This document shows positions 35,232-44,578 of a stretch of 64,000 bases of DNA, one piece after another (the first letter of the stretch is position 1; every line of letters begins with the position of its first letter). Source of the DNA: a virus; IMG/VR virus record IMGVR_UViG_3300025383_001098; one strand, 5' to 3'. A program made the position numbers and the translations under genes. Below the pieces are notes generated by a model, which saw only the letters and a program-made list of their open reading frames with translations, made no database searches and was not told where the DNA came from.

Positions 35232-35254
35232 AAACCCACTTAGGTGGGTTTTTT
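35232..35254 (+). terminator. Intrinsic terminator
   Basis: AAACCCAC-TTAG-GTGGGTTT followed by T-run. Confidence 0.82.
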
Positions 35255-35255
35255 G

Positions 35256-35284
35256 TTGACTTTGTTTTTTCAAGAGTTTATAAT
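35256..35284 (+). promoter_or_regulatory. Sigma70 promoter (leaderless downstream gene)
   Basis: TTGACT-17-TATAAT; ATG at 35291. Confidence 0.75.
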
Positions 35285-35290
35285 CATTGA

Positions 35291-35722
35291 ATGTCATATA
35301 TTCCCACAACTTTTCCTGCAAACGTAACAGTACCAAACGGCGGAACCAGTCATTCATTATACGGTGCCGTCCCACCAACTGGTAACGTAACCCTAACTGC
35401 CGGTACAGGTGTTACAAATTGGGCTACTACCGCCAGTTACAATTACAATACTGCCATAGCCGAACTTGGTGACAAAGGCGGGTCGGGTAAACTCATACTC
35501 AAAGGACCAGATGCCGATATTGAAATGAATGGTAAAAGTTTAGGCGAAGCTATAACAGCAATCGAAGAAGCATTACTAATTCCGGGCAGACTGAATCGAA
35601 ATACCGAACTTGAAAAGGAATTTGCTGATCTTAAAGCCTTGGGCGAACAATATGTAGCAATGGAAAAGAAGTATCAAGAACAAAAACGGGTATGGGACAT
35701 ACTCAAAAAGCAAGACCAGTAA
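35291..35722 (+). CDS. Hypothetical protein with C-terminal coiled coil
   Basis: L.G.DADI..NGKSL...IEE.L...N.ELE..F..LK.LGEQY. Confidence 0.7.
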   Translation: MSYIPTTFPANVTVPNGGTSHSLYGAVPPTGNVTLTAGTGVTNWATTASYNYNTAIAELGDKGGSGKLILKGPDADIEMNGKSLGEAITAIEEALLIPGRLNRNTELEKEFADLKALGEQYVAMEKKYQEQKRVWDILKKQDQ

Positions 35723-35746
35723 TTGCTTTTCGTGCTATAATAGTCT

Positions 35747-35962
35747 ATGGACTCTAAATCAAATTGCGTAGTACTTAATACATTTCACCTTAAACCTAAT
35801 CAAATTGAAAACATCATACACTGGTGTAATCAACATTTTGGATCAGATAAATGGAACTTTATAACAAACTTCCCCAGTTACCATTGGAGGTTCTATTTAC
35901 CCGACTCGCGATCAGAAACATTATTTAGATTAAAATGGAGTGGAAATGCCAATAACAATTAG
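35747..35962 (+). CDS. Small paralog-array protein 1
   Basis: WC...FG...W...F....SETLFRLKW. Confidence 0.7.
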   Translation: MDSKSNCVVLNTFHLKPNQIENIIHWCNQHFGSDKWNFITNFPSYHWRFYLPDSRSETLFRLKWSGNANNN

Positions 35963-36200
35963 AGTAGATTGGGACACCAAGCGAAGTACAGGTCAAGAGT
36001 GGAATGAACTATTAGCCTGGACCGTTGAAACCTATGGCTTGCCCGGGGAACGTGTTAGTTTTCATCCCACACATGATTGGATGGACTTTACATTTGATGA
36101 TGAAAAAGATGCTCTTATGTTTCAGCTAAAAACAGGCGGACACCAACGTACCAAACAAGAATACACAATAGAATTTGTAAACGGGATAATCAATGGTTAG
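35946..36200 (+). CDS. Small paralog-array protein 2
   Basis: F.F.DEKDALMFQLK; GGAG SD. Confidence 0.7.
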   Translation: MPITIRVDWDTKRSTGQEWNELLAWTVETYGLPGERVSFHPTHDWMDFTFDDEKDALMFQLKTGGHQRTKQEYTIEFVNGIING

Positions 36201-36471
36201 AGAAGGTATATTGGTTAAAGAAATACTCATGGGCGACTGTGATGATCCTTACCTGTATGCGGCTTTTCCTATACACGAATGGGAAAAGACTGAAGAGTGT
36301 GCCTACATTAAAAAAAATTTAGACGAAGGCGACGAACTTGTATTTTTTGTCGACAATGATACATCACATTGGGGTTTTATAGTTCGCATATATGCCCCTT
36401 TAAAAGGCGAAGCTCTGACATTTTATCGTTTGAAGTATATGGGAGTAAATCAACATGTACGTATGGGATGA
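36193..36471 (+). CDS. Small paralog-array-like protein 3
   Basis: C-terminal EALTFYRLKY. Confidence 0.65.
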   Translation: MVREGILVKEILMGDCDDPYLYAAFPIHEWEKTEECAYIKKNLDEGDELVFFVDNDTSHWGFIVRIYAPLKGEALTFYRLKYMGVNQHVRMG

Positions 36472-36712
36472 GGAGAGTCGCAAAAAGTTTGAGCCAACGC
36501 AGGACATGCTCAGTCGATGCCATCGAGTCTTAATCGGCGATCCTGCGTTTCGTATGTGGCAAATGAAACGTTGGTGTCGCGAACAAGATTTAAGTTTGTT
36601 ATGGTCCGAGATAATAGAAACAGCCGATGTTAGTATAGAGTTTGATCACGTGGCGGCCTTTTACTTTATCGATGCTAAGGATGCTACTTTGTTTAGTTTA
36701 AAATATCGATGA
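36455..36712 (+). CDS. Small paralog-array protein 4
   Basis: WC...FYF.DAKDATLFSLKY. Confidence 0.7.
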   Translation: MYVWDEESRKKFEPTQDMLSRCHRVLIGDPAFRMWQMKRWCREQDLSLLWSEIIETADVSIEFDHVAAFYFIDAKDATLFSLKYR

Positions 36713-36933
36713 CAAAAGTTGAATTATGGCCGCCGCCTGCTTGGACAGAAGTTATAATTCTGTGGAAGGATATTACAGAAGGGCCACGCTATCCAATTAA
36801 AGAGATACTTGAATGGCTCAGTAGTCATCCAGGTGGCCGATATCATGTACACGGATATAAAAGTACTGAAGGGTTTGCTTTTAGATTTGAAAGCGAAAAT
36901 GATGCAACATTATTTAGATTGAGATGGGAATGA
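36709..36933 (+). CDS. Small paralog-array protein 5
   Basis: WL...FRFESENDATLFRLRW; ATGA overlap. Confidence 0.7.
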   Translation: MTKVELWPPPAWTEVIILWKDITEGPRYPIKEILEWLSSHPGGRYHVHGYKSTEGFAFRFESENDATLFRLRWE

Positions 36934-37202
36934 TAGATTACTATTACGAAATTCGGCCTGATGTGACAGTATTTGGTTGTAGTGTACGCTACCTTGCACG
37001 TTACGAGTTTCATCCTGGTGAAGCAAGTCGCGGTGAATTTAAGTTGCACGACGAAGCTCTAAGGAATAGTCATCGTGTATGGATGCAAAATCGCAATGGC
37101 ACATTTTTAGTACAAGAGCGTGGCAGAGATGTACTACGGCCTATTGCTGAACGAGAGTTTGCCTGGATTAAACTACAAGCTCGGGACATTGAACAGTTAT
37201 GA
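36930..37202 (+). CDS. Hypothetical protein
   Basis: ATGA overlap. Confidence 0.65.
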   Translation: MIDYYYEIRPDVTVFGCSVRYLARYEFHPGEASRGEFKLHDEALRNSHRVWMQNRNGTFLVQERGRDVLRPIAEREFAWIKLQARDIEQL

Positions 37203-37441
37203 ATCCCTATCAGTATCGGATAACCCGGGAGCAATACGAAGAGTTTCTTAAGGACTTGGTGTGGACACGTCTTAAGGCGCCCGACTACCGTTTTGGACAA
37301 GCATTCCTTAACTACTTTCCCGAGATCAGTAAGATTATGCGTGAAGATGGAGACCTGGGCACCCAAAGTGAATATGTATTGTACAATGAAGAATGGGAAC
37401 CAACGGCACGTATGCGATGTGAGCAGTGGGTGGAGAAATGA
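37199..37441 (+). CDS. Hypothetical protein
   Basis: ATGA overlap; RFGQAFLNYF motif. Confidence 0.65.
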   Translation: MNPYQYRITREQYEEFLKDLVWTRLKAPDYRFGQAFLNYFPEISKIMREDGDLGTQSEYVLYNEEWEPTARMRCEQWVEK

Positions 37442-37677
37442 CTGTAGCTTATAAAGTAGCCGCTGGTTTCGCTGGTAAACGCAGAAGTGCCAGCTCACGA
37501 TTTGAGGAGCCGGTAAAGAATCCTTGGGAGCCATATCAGCTAAAGATATTTCCTAAAAAAATTAATGATCGTTGGTATGCGCCAGGAGACATGGTCTATC
37601 GTCGATTTGTATCCAGTCCCGGTGGTGGTTACTGGCAGTATGGTGACGATTTTGACTATTTAAAGTGGCGCTCGTGA
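37438..37677 (+). CDS. Hypothetical protein
   Basis: ATGA overlap; GGAG SD. Confidence 0.6.
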   Translation: MTVAYKVAAGFAGKRRSASSRFEEPVKNPWEPYQLKIFPKKINDRWYAPGDMVYRRFVSSPGGGYWQYGDDFDYLKWRS

Positions 37678-37880
37678 TCAATTGGTCTTGGTTAATTGCT
37701 CGTTTTATTTCGGCCCTGGGATCATGGTTAGATGCCAGCAACCTAAGAAATCGTGTATATAAACTTGAACAAGAGAAGGAAATCATGTATACTGCATTAG
37801 AGGATGTACGACGCATGGACCCAGAAGGGCGCATTGGCTGGTATGCCAAATCAGTATTGGATAATATAGATGGGAAATAA
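37674..37880 (+). CDS. Hypothetical protein
   Basis: GTGA overlap. Confidence 0.55.
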   Translation: MINWSWLIARFISALGSWLDASNLRNRVYKLEQEKEIMYTALEDVRRMDPEGRIGWYAKSVLDNIDGK

Positions 37881-38286
37881 ACAATTACTAATCGGAGTTA
37901 CATTTATAGCAATCTCACTGGCCTTTGGCTTGGGAGGATTTGCCTATACTGTCGGAACTCCAGACGATGCAGGGCCCGGGTTCTTTCCCTTGGTAGTCAG
38001 CGTGTCGTTGGGACTTCTTGGCGTATGTTCAGTTATTAAAAGTTTTTTTAACAGAGACACAGTAACATTAAAATTAAGAAACCTTGCAATAATTACCGCT
38101 TCATTATTGGCCTTTGCTGTTGCAACAGAATATATTAACATTGTTGTTGGTATTGTATTGTTGGTAATTACATCATCGTTTGCCAGTGAAAAATATTCAA
38201 TAAAAAATGTTGTATTGATTTCTGCAGGATTAGTTGTAGTTGCATATCTATTTAAATATCTTTTAGGGCTAAATTTACCACTATGA
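37870..38286 (+). CDS. tctB: Tripartite tricarboxylate transporter small membrane subunit TctB
   Basis: Y.VGT....GPGFFP; four TM helices; F...LGL.LP end; adjacent to tctA. Confidence 0.88.
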   Translation: MGNKQLLIGVTFIAISLAFGLGGFAYTVGTPDDAGPGFFPLVVSVSLGLLGVCSVIKSFFNRDTVTLKLRNLAIITASLLAFAVATEYINIVVGIVLLVITSSFASEKYSIKNVVLISAGLVVVAYLFKYLLGLNLPL

Positions 38287-39782
38287 TAGACACACTAAAT
38301 TATCTTGTAATGGGATTTGGCCATGCCCTTACTGTTCAAAATTTACTTTATTGCGCCATTGGGTGTTTCATCGGAACGTTAATAGGGCTACTACCTGGTC
38401 TTGGACCAATTTCTACTATTAGCCTATTATTGCCACTGACTTATACCATGCCCACTACAGGTGCTCTCATTATGCTTGCCGGCATTTACTATGGCGCACA
38501 GTATGGAGATAGCGTCAGTGCTATTACTATGAAGATTCCCCACGCATCAAGCATAGTTGCCTGTATAGATGGATATCAAATGCATCTCAATGGGCAAACA
38601 GGCCTGGCTTTGTTTACTGCCGGTGTTAGTAGTTTTATAGGCGGGACAGTTGCTGCTGTAGTAATTGTATTTTTTGCACCTGTATTGGGAGAAATGTCAT
38701 TCTTATTTGGCCCAAATGAATACTGTATGCTGATGCTGTTGGGCTTTGTCTGCGTTAGTTTGATTACCACAGGAAGTCTGCTTAATGGACTTGGTATGGT
38801 GTCTATAGGAATATTAGTCGGCATGGTTGGTACAGATGTCAACAGTGGTGTGACTCGTTACGCCATGGGCTTACCATTCTTAATGGACGGAATAGGAATC
38901 ATCAGCGTAGCAATAGGTAGCTTTGGCCTGGCTGAAATAATTAAAAATTTAGACAATCGAGATGAACGTACACCCTTTACAGGCAATATCAAATTGATTC
39001 CAACCTGGGCAGAGTTTAAACGTATCATACCTTCGGCATTGCGTGGTAGCGTTGTTGGTAGTTTCTTGGGATTATTACCTGGAGGTGGCCCGACTATTGC
39101 TCAGTACGGTGCTTATGCTGTAGACAAAAAGTTTAGTCGATATCGAGATGAAATGGGCAAGGGTGCAATAGAAGGAGTTGCCGGACAGGCCGCTGCAGAT
39201 GAAGCCGCAGCTCGTACAAGTTTTATTCCTTTATTATCAATTGGCATTCCTGAAAATGCTGTTATGGCCTTGATGTTAGGTGCGTTAATGATCAAAGGCA
39301 TCACACCAGGTCCGCAGATGATTACCAAACACTCAGAAGTGTTTTGGGGTCTGATTGCTTCCATGTGGATTGGCAATGTGTTCTTGTTGATATTAAACGT
39401 GCCACTGGTCAAATACTGGTTAAGTATTTTTAAGATTCCTTATAGTGTACTTTTTCCTTGTATTTTATTCTTTTGTTGCTTAGGTACATTCAGTGGCAAT
39501 AACAATATCAGCGACATCTATACTACGGCTATATTTGGTATCATGGGCTATTGGTTTTTAAAATTGGGACTTGAAGCGGCTCCGCTGATGTTGGGCTATA
39601 TTTTAGGACCCATGCTGGAAGAACACTTTAGACGTGCTATGATGATCAGCAGGGGTAGCTTCAGCCCGTTTTGGGAACGCCCAATTAGCTGTACTATGTT
39701 GATTTTAATAGGATTTTTTATTGTTTATAGCCTATATTCCTGGTTGACCAATAAAGGAAGAAGTGCTATAATAAAAGTGTAG
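38283..39782 (+). CDS. tctA: Tripartite tricarboxylate transporter permease TctA
   Basis: GTLIGLLPGLG, AGIYYGAQYG, DGY.M, G.LPGGG, AAA..SFIPLLSIGIP, ASMWIGN. Confidence 0.95.
   Translation: MIDTLNYLVMGFGHALTVQNLLYCAIGCFIGTLIGLLPGLGPISTISLLLPLTYTMPTTGALIMLAGIYYGAQYGDSVSAITMKIPHASSIVACIDGYQMHLNGQTGLALFTAGVSSFIGGTVAAVVIVFFAPVLGEMSFLFGPNEYCMLMLLGFVCVSLITTGSLLNGLGMVSIGILVGMVGTDVNSGVTRYAMGLPFLMDGIGIISVAIGSFGLAEIIKNLDNRDERTPFTGNIKLIPTWAEFKRIIPSALRGSVVGSFLGLLPGGGPTIAQYGAYAVDKKFSRYRDEMGKGAIEGVAGQAAADEAAARTSFIPLLSIGIPENAVMALMLGALMIKGITPGPQMITKHSEVFWGLIASMWIGNVFLLILNVPLVKYWLSIFKIPYSVLFPCILFFCCLGTFSGNNNISDIYTTAIFGIMGYWFLKLGLEAAPLMLGYILGPMLEEHFRRAMMISRGSFSPFWERPISCTMLILIGFFIVYSLYSWLTNKGRSAIIKV
39744..39772 (+). 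promoter_or_regulatory. Sigma70 early promoter inside the tctA 3' end
   Basis: TTGACC-17-TATAAT, extended -10 TG. Confidence 0.78.
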
Positions 39783-39814
39783 TAAAAGATTAACTTAACT
39801 TCGGAAAGTAAAAT

Positions 39815-40063
39815 ATGGTAAAATTAAATAAGTATGTAGTAAAAGCAACAATTCAAACTGCGGCATTCTTTGCTGTAGCGGTTACAATATCATCCGTGAC
39901 CGCTTTGATATTAGAATATCTTCAACCCACAGGAACCCAAATTTTGGGAACCTTGGCTATTGTGGCCATGTTGTTTTGCATCTATAATATGATCAAAATA
40001 CAAGCTGGTATTTTAGAATCACGAGACAAATTAAATAAACAAATCGACAAAGTAGTAAAATGA
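39815..40063 (+). CDS. Small membrane protein
   Basis: Two hydrophobic helices. Confidence 0.65.
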   Translation: MVKLNKYVVKATIQTAAFFAVAVTISSVTALILEYLQPTGTQILGTLAIVAMLFCIYNMIKIQAGILESRDKLNKQIDKVVK

Positions 40064-40731
40064 AAATCTATATCTCTAACTATCGCAATCATTGGCTGTC
40101 ACCCTATACAATCCTAAAGACTGTATGTTTTTGGGAACGGGACGAGGACGTATTTTACAACCACGAAGATAAACCCGGACACAAATATGATCGCTGGGTT
40201 GAACTTTTAGATCCCGTCTGTGGTGCATTACGCAAGTTTCTTGACCTTGTACACCCCAGGATTAACTATATTAAAATTGATCGTTATGACACTTGGTCAA
40301 TGGATCATACACTAAGTCCCATTATCTTGCCTATGCTTCGACAGTTGCGTGATACCAAACACGGTGCTCCGCATGTCGATGACGAAGATGTTCCAGACTT
40401 GCTAAAGTCCACTTCAGCACCGCCCAAAGAAAATGATTGGGACACAGATGACAATTGGTTTAAGCGTTGGGATTATGTACTCAACGAAATGATCTTTGCA
40501 TTTGAACATAAGGTAGACGATTCGTGGGAAGATGCATTCCGTACAGGTAAAATGAGTCACAAAACAGTTGCCTGTGAATGGGACGAGAACGGTAAAGCTA
40601 CGATGTACCAGTGGGAAGAACTACCGGACCATACTTACAAATATGACTATGATGGTGCTAACAAAGTACACGAACGTATTCAAAACGGCTTTTGCTTGTT
40701 TGGAAAATATTATCAAAACTTGTGGGATTAA
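40060..40731 (+). CDS. Conserved phage hypothetical protein
   Basis: DTWSMDHTL..II.PML.QL, RWD.VL.EMI.AF, GF.LFGKYY..LWD. Confidence 0.78.
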   Translation: MKIYISNYRNHWLSPYTILKTVCFWERDEDVFYNHEDKPGHKYDRWVELLDPVCGALRKFLDLVHPRINYIKIDRYDTWSMDHTLSPIILPMLRQLRDTKHGAPHVDDEDVPDLLKSTSAPPKENDWDTDDNWFKRWDYVLNEMIFAFEHKVDDSWEDAFRTGKMSHKTVACEWDENGKATMYQWEELPDHTYKYDYDGANKVHERIQNGFCLFGKYYQNLWD

Positions 40732-40733
40732 CA

Positions 40734-41564
40734 ATGCGTATTAACTTAATGTCAGACTTGCATCTTGAATTTGCGGACCTTACATTGCCCGGCGGTGATG
40801 TACTAATCTTGTCTGGTGACTTATGCGAAGCTAAAAATATTAAAAAAGAACTTTACAATCGAGATATGGTTTTACTTGAGCACGAACAACAAGATCGTAG
40901 ACCGGATCGCTGGTTCCGTTTCTTAGAAGAAGAGTGTAGCAAGTACCGAGAAGTCGTTTATGTAATGGGCAACCATGAACACTATGGCTTTCAGTTTCAG
41001 AAAACCTATGCCCATATTGCCAGTCAGTTGCCCGACAATGTACACCTGTTGGAAAATCAAACTTATACAGTCGAGGATGTGACCTTTGTAGGTGCTACCT
41101 TATGGACTGATATGAACAAGCAGGATCCCTTGACTATGTATCATATGCAACAGGCAATGAATGATTATCGTCAAGTTACCATGTTTAACGAAGCCAAATC
41201 AGTTTACCATCGTTTGACTCCAGAACGTACTGTAGAGGATCATTACCGATCTAAAAACTTTATTCGCGAAACAGTAGAAAATAAGTTTGATCAAAAGTTT
41301 GTTGTTGTTACACACCATGCACCCAGCAAGGCCAGCGTCAAGCCACGCTATGCCGATGATCATTTAATGAATGGCGCCTACAGTTCAGACCTAAGCGAAT
41401 TTATTTTGGCTAACCCGCAGATCAAAGCATGGACTCACGGGCACACGCACGATCTGTTTGATTACATGGTTGGATCAACACGTATTATGTGTAACCCACG
41501 TGGTTATAAATATTATGAGGAACGTGCCGAAGAATTTGACCCCAGCTTTGGATTTGATATTTAA
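40734..41564 (+). CDS. Calcineurin-like metallophosphoesterase
   Basis: SDLH, GD, GNHE, THH, HGHTH, NPRGY. Confidence 0.9.
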   Translation: MRINLMSDLHLEFADLTLPGGDVLILSGDLCEAKNIKKELYNRDMVLLEHEQQDRRPDRWFRFLEEECSKYREVVYVMGNHEHYGFQFQKTYAHIASQLPDNVHLLENQTYTVEDVTFVGATLWTDMNKQDPLTMYHMQQAMNDYRQVTMFNEAKSVYHRLTPERTVEDHYRSKNFIRETVENKFDQKFVVVTHHAPSKASVKPRYADDHLMNGAYSSDLSEFILANPQIKAWTHGHTHDLFDYMVGSTRIMCNPRGYKYYEERAEEFDPSFGFDI

Positions 41565-42514
41565 TGACACAAGCTCATCTAACTACGCGAGACAATTCAA
41601 AAATTCAAATTGAATTTCTTGATAATCCGTTTGTGGATGAGTTTGTTGCTCACCTTAAAATCATAAAAGATCTTTTTAAATTGTCCAGTCGCCCACAAAC
41701 TATTCCTCCGGCGCATTGCCAGTCATGGGGGTCAACTCGAGTTGAACGATGCCAGCAAGACATTGTTGATGCTGTTAATAGATTAAACACCCTGGGATTG
41801 AAATTTCCTATTCCTGTAGAAGAAATAGTTTTTAAACAAGGTGAGTATGATAGTAGACAATTATTAAATCGTCTACACCGACATTTTACTACCAGTCATC
41901 GTAGTGTAAGTCATAATGAACCTGTTTACACCTGGCAGGATAATACTGATTTTACTTTTGAGTTAGATTTTTCACAAGTAGATGAATTTACTCAACAAGT
42001 ACACCGTATTAACACAGCCGTACACTCAATCGAACCTTTTTATGTTGGCGGCACCGATATTCGTGGCAATATGCGTATACGCAGATTTCCTTATCATACC
42101 GAATATCAAGTCTTGTTTGACAGCTTTAGGCCAATAGACCCTGCTAACAATCCGCAGGACATTTATTTTCAAGATATCAAGCAAGAACACTATCAGTATG
42201 CTTCTGACAAGGTGGACTATGATGTTTGGCTACCTTTACATCAGATACAGGGCAAAAATTATTGGGTGTGCTATTTTGATGATGACAATCCTACCCACTG
42301 GGACGTTAGTATCAACGTACAATACAGTGGTAGTATGTCGCTGGGTGATAGGTCTGCGGCCAAAGAACCTATACTATTAGATTGGTTAAGAGGTTGGGGT
42401 ATTGAACCAGGTCCATTACAATGCGGTTTTCCCTTGGGCCATATTACTGCAGGTAAAGACCTTGTGCCTGCGTTGAAAGAAAATGACATAATAGGTATCG
42501 AAATTGTTGAATAA
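41564..42514 (+). CDS. Hypothetical protein
   Basis: 316-aa ORF coupled by TAATG; LNRLHRHF, GKNY..C..DDD motifs of unknown family. Confidence 0.7.
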   Translation: MTQAHLTTRDNSKIQIEFLDNPFVDEFVAHLKIIKDLFKLSSRPQTIPPAHCQSWGSTRVERCQQDIVDAVNRLNTLGLKFPIPVEEIVFKQGEYDSRQLLNRLHRHFTTSHRSVSHNEPVYTWQDNTDFTFELDFSQVDEFTQQVHRINTAVHSIEPFYVGGTDIRGNMRIRRFPYHTEYQVLFDSFRPIDPANNPQDIYFQDIKQEHYQYASDKVDYDVWLPLHQIQGKNYWVCYFDDDNPTHWDVSINVQYSGSMSLGDRSAAKEPILLDWLRGWGIEPGPLQCGFPLGHITAGKDLVPALKENDIIGIEIVE

Positions 42515-43838
42515 TGCACTGGTCATATACGACCATATTACAATCCCTGATGTAGACTACAAACAACGCATAGTTGACATTACAGAATTCTTTGTAAAAC
42601 CCGTTGTGGGATTTGATCTATATCGCACTGGTAATTTAACTGAAACGCTGTCGGGGTTAGCACAACGGGGATATCAGTGGGCTGTAGTCAATGCCCTGGG
42701 ACACGCTGTTAATAGTCCAACAATTTACAAAGAAATTATCGACTATAGTGTTGAAAATAATTATCCTGTAACGGCACATATTATTTTTAGACCAGAAAAT
42801 TATCCCTCGATTGATCCTCAATTTGTAGTGGTCAATCTAAAGACCTGGCAAGACTTAGGCAGTCCAGCATTTGAAGAGCGTCGTATACCGGCAGTATTTG
42901 ATTCTTTTGAAGTTGACAGAAGTCCCGAAAACGCACACCACGATTACACACCCTATTGGATCAAGGCTCTGCCAAACACTAATAAATCATATGGTATATC
43001 TACAAGACCGTTTGGCAGTCTGGTTGTACAAAAATTTTTAGAAGCAGGCCATACAGTCAACGGTATCAGTCAGTCTATTAGACAATCTAAATGGAACTTG
43101 TATCCAAACATTAACTATGAAAAATTACAACCATTTTTCAAAGACGGAACAGTAACCTATAACGTAGGACAAGTACCTGAAATAATTGAAAGAGTACTGG
43201 GCGAAAAAGAATCGTTAAAGAATACAGTCTACATACTTAACAGTGAAAAATTGTATTCACCAAGCCCACAGTTGTCTGGACCTATTGATCACTTTATAGG
43301 TGTTGCCAGCGGATTTAAGACCGTACTACTGTTAAACAAACACGGATTTGCTGACCATACAAAAGTTACTTATGTAGACGTCAGCACAGCAGGACTTGAT
43401 TATCAACAGTACCTGATCAATGAATGGGATGGAGATATCGATCTGTATCAGCAGACTGTTGACCTTTATCAAAGTCGACACCCCGAATATAGATATGCCT
43501 GGAGAGATTGGCTTGGATGGAATAATGAAATCAATGCATTCTTAGCAGGATCTAATTTGACCAAGAGTCAATTTAAAGACCTTTGGTCAAGATATCGCAA
43601 ACTGACATTTAATTTTGTTGTTGTAGATGTATTAAACAATCCTGAACAATTAGTCAACGAATTAACAACAGACTCTAAAAATGTTTACATATGGTTGAGC
43701 AATGCATTTGATATGCAGTATACAAGATTTTTGTTTGGTAAAGAATATACACAGCAAAAATTCAATCAACTACTTGATCAATTAAAAACTCATAATTGCC
43801 TGGTTGAGTCCTGCGGCAGATTTTATACTGTATCGTAG
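42504..43838 (+). CDS. Hypothetical protein, possibly with a SAM-binding-like C-terminal domain
   Basis: 444-aa ORF; IGVASG and YVDVS motifs; function uncertain. Confidence 0.6.
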   Translation: MLNNALVIYDHITIPDVDYKQRIVDITEFFVKPVVGFDLYRTGNLTETLSGLAQRGYQWAVVNALGHAVNSPTIYKEIIDYSVENNYPVTAHIIFRPENYPSIDPQFVVVNLKTWQDLGSPAFEERRIPAVFDSFEVDRSPENAHHDYTPYWIKALPNTNKSYGISTRPFGSLVVQKFLEAGHTVNGISQSIRQSKWNLYPNINYEKLQPFFKDGTVTYNVGQVPEIIERVLGEKESLKNTVYILNSEKLYSPSPQLSGPIDHFIGVASGFKTVLLLNKHGFADHTKVTYVDVSTAGLDYQQYLINEWDGDIDLYQQTVDLYQSRHPEYRYAWRDWLGWNNEINAFLAGSNLTKSQFKDLWSRYRKLTFNFVVVDVLNNPEQLVNELTTDSKNVYIWLSNAFDMQYTRFLFGKEYTQQKFNQLLDQLKTHNCLVESCGRFYTVS

Positions 43839-44515
43839 CTGTTGACTACAATACTGCGCCACTGTGGCAAGTACTGTCCGTGGACAATCATATGATACCT
43901 TGCTTCAGTGCTGTTATTCCAGACCATATGGTCATAGCTGGTATTAAAGGCCATAACAGATCCAGCAGAGTCAAACGGAACTGGCCCCGCATCTTTTAAT
44001 ATCATTTCGCACCCTGCAGGATTATTCAGACTAATGTTTACCGCCCCTAATCTAAATGTTTGACTGTCATGATGTGGAGCAATGTAACCACCGGCATCAA
44101 TCTTCATAAATCGTAATCTAAAATACTTAGAATAAGGAAATTGTGTTTTAAAATATTTGGTAGCCACAGGACACAGATCGCTGATTTCAGTCCAGGCGTA
44201 GGGTAATTGATCGTCAGGAATTCCGCGATACTCGGGATAGGCAGAAGGACTGTCTGTTTTGGTTGCACCAAGTCCGTGCAGACATAGACTGGACCATCCT
44301 TGACTTTCTCCATCATCTCGATGTGGCACGAATAGATGATCTAACATTTTTGCTTCTTTGAGTATTTCCTGCCAGGGCCCTGCTAAATTTATTTTTAAGT
44401 AAGGAATGCGTCCTGGGCCCACAATCCAGCTGAATTTATCAACCCCATCGGGTATTTTGGGGTATACATACTGAATATTATGGTATTTTTGGTAGAAATT
44501 TTGGAGGGCTTCCAT
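43823..44515 (-). CDS. Asp/Asn beta-hydroxylase-like Fe(II)/2OG oxygenase
   Basis: RLRFM...GGYIAPHHD ... HMVWN...RYHMIVH; AATAAATA late motif 5 nt upstream. Confidence 0.78.
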   Translation of the reverse strand: MEALQNFYQKYHNIQYVYPKIPDGVDKFSWIVGPGRIPYLKINLAGPWQEILKEAKMLDHLFVPHRDDGESQGWSSLCLHGLGATKTDSPSAYPEYRGIPDDQLPYAWTEISDLCPVATKYFKTQFPYSKYFRLRFMKIDAGGYIAPHHDSQTFRLGAVNISLNNPAGCEMILKDAGPVPFDSAGSVMAFNTSYDHMVWNNSTEARYHMIVHGQYLPQWRSIVVNSYDTV

Positions 44516-44526
44516 AGAAGTATTTA

Positions 44527-44555
44527 TTGACCAAAAAATCAATTTGTTGTATAAT
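44527..44555 (+). promoter_or_regulatory. Sigma70 early promoter back-to-back with a minus-strand late motif
   Basis: TTGACC-17-TATAAT. Confidence 0.78.
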
Positions 44556-44578
44556 GTTACTATAGTTAAATAAAATAT

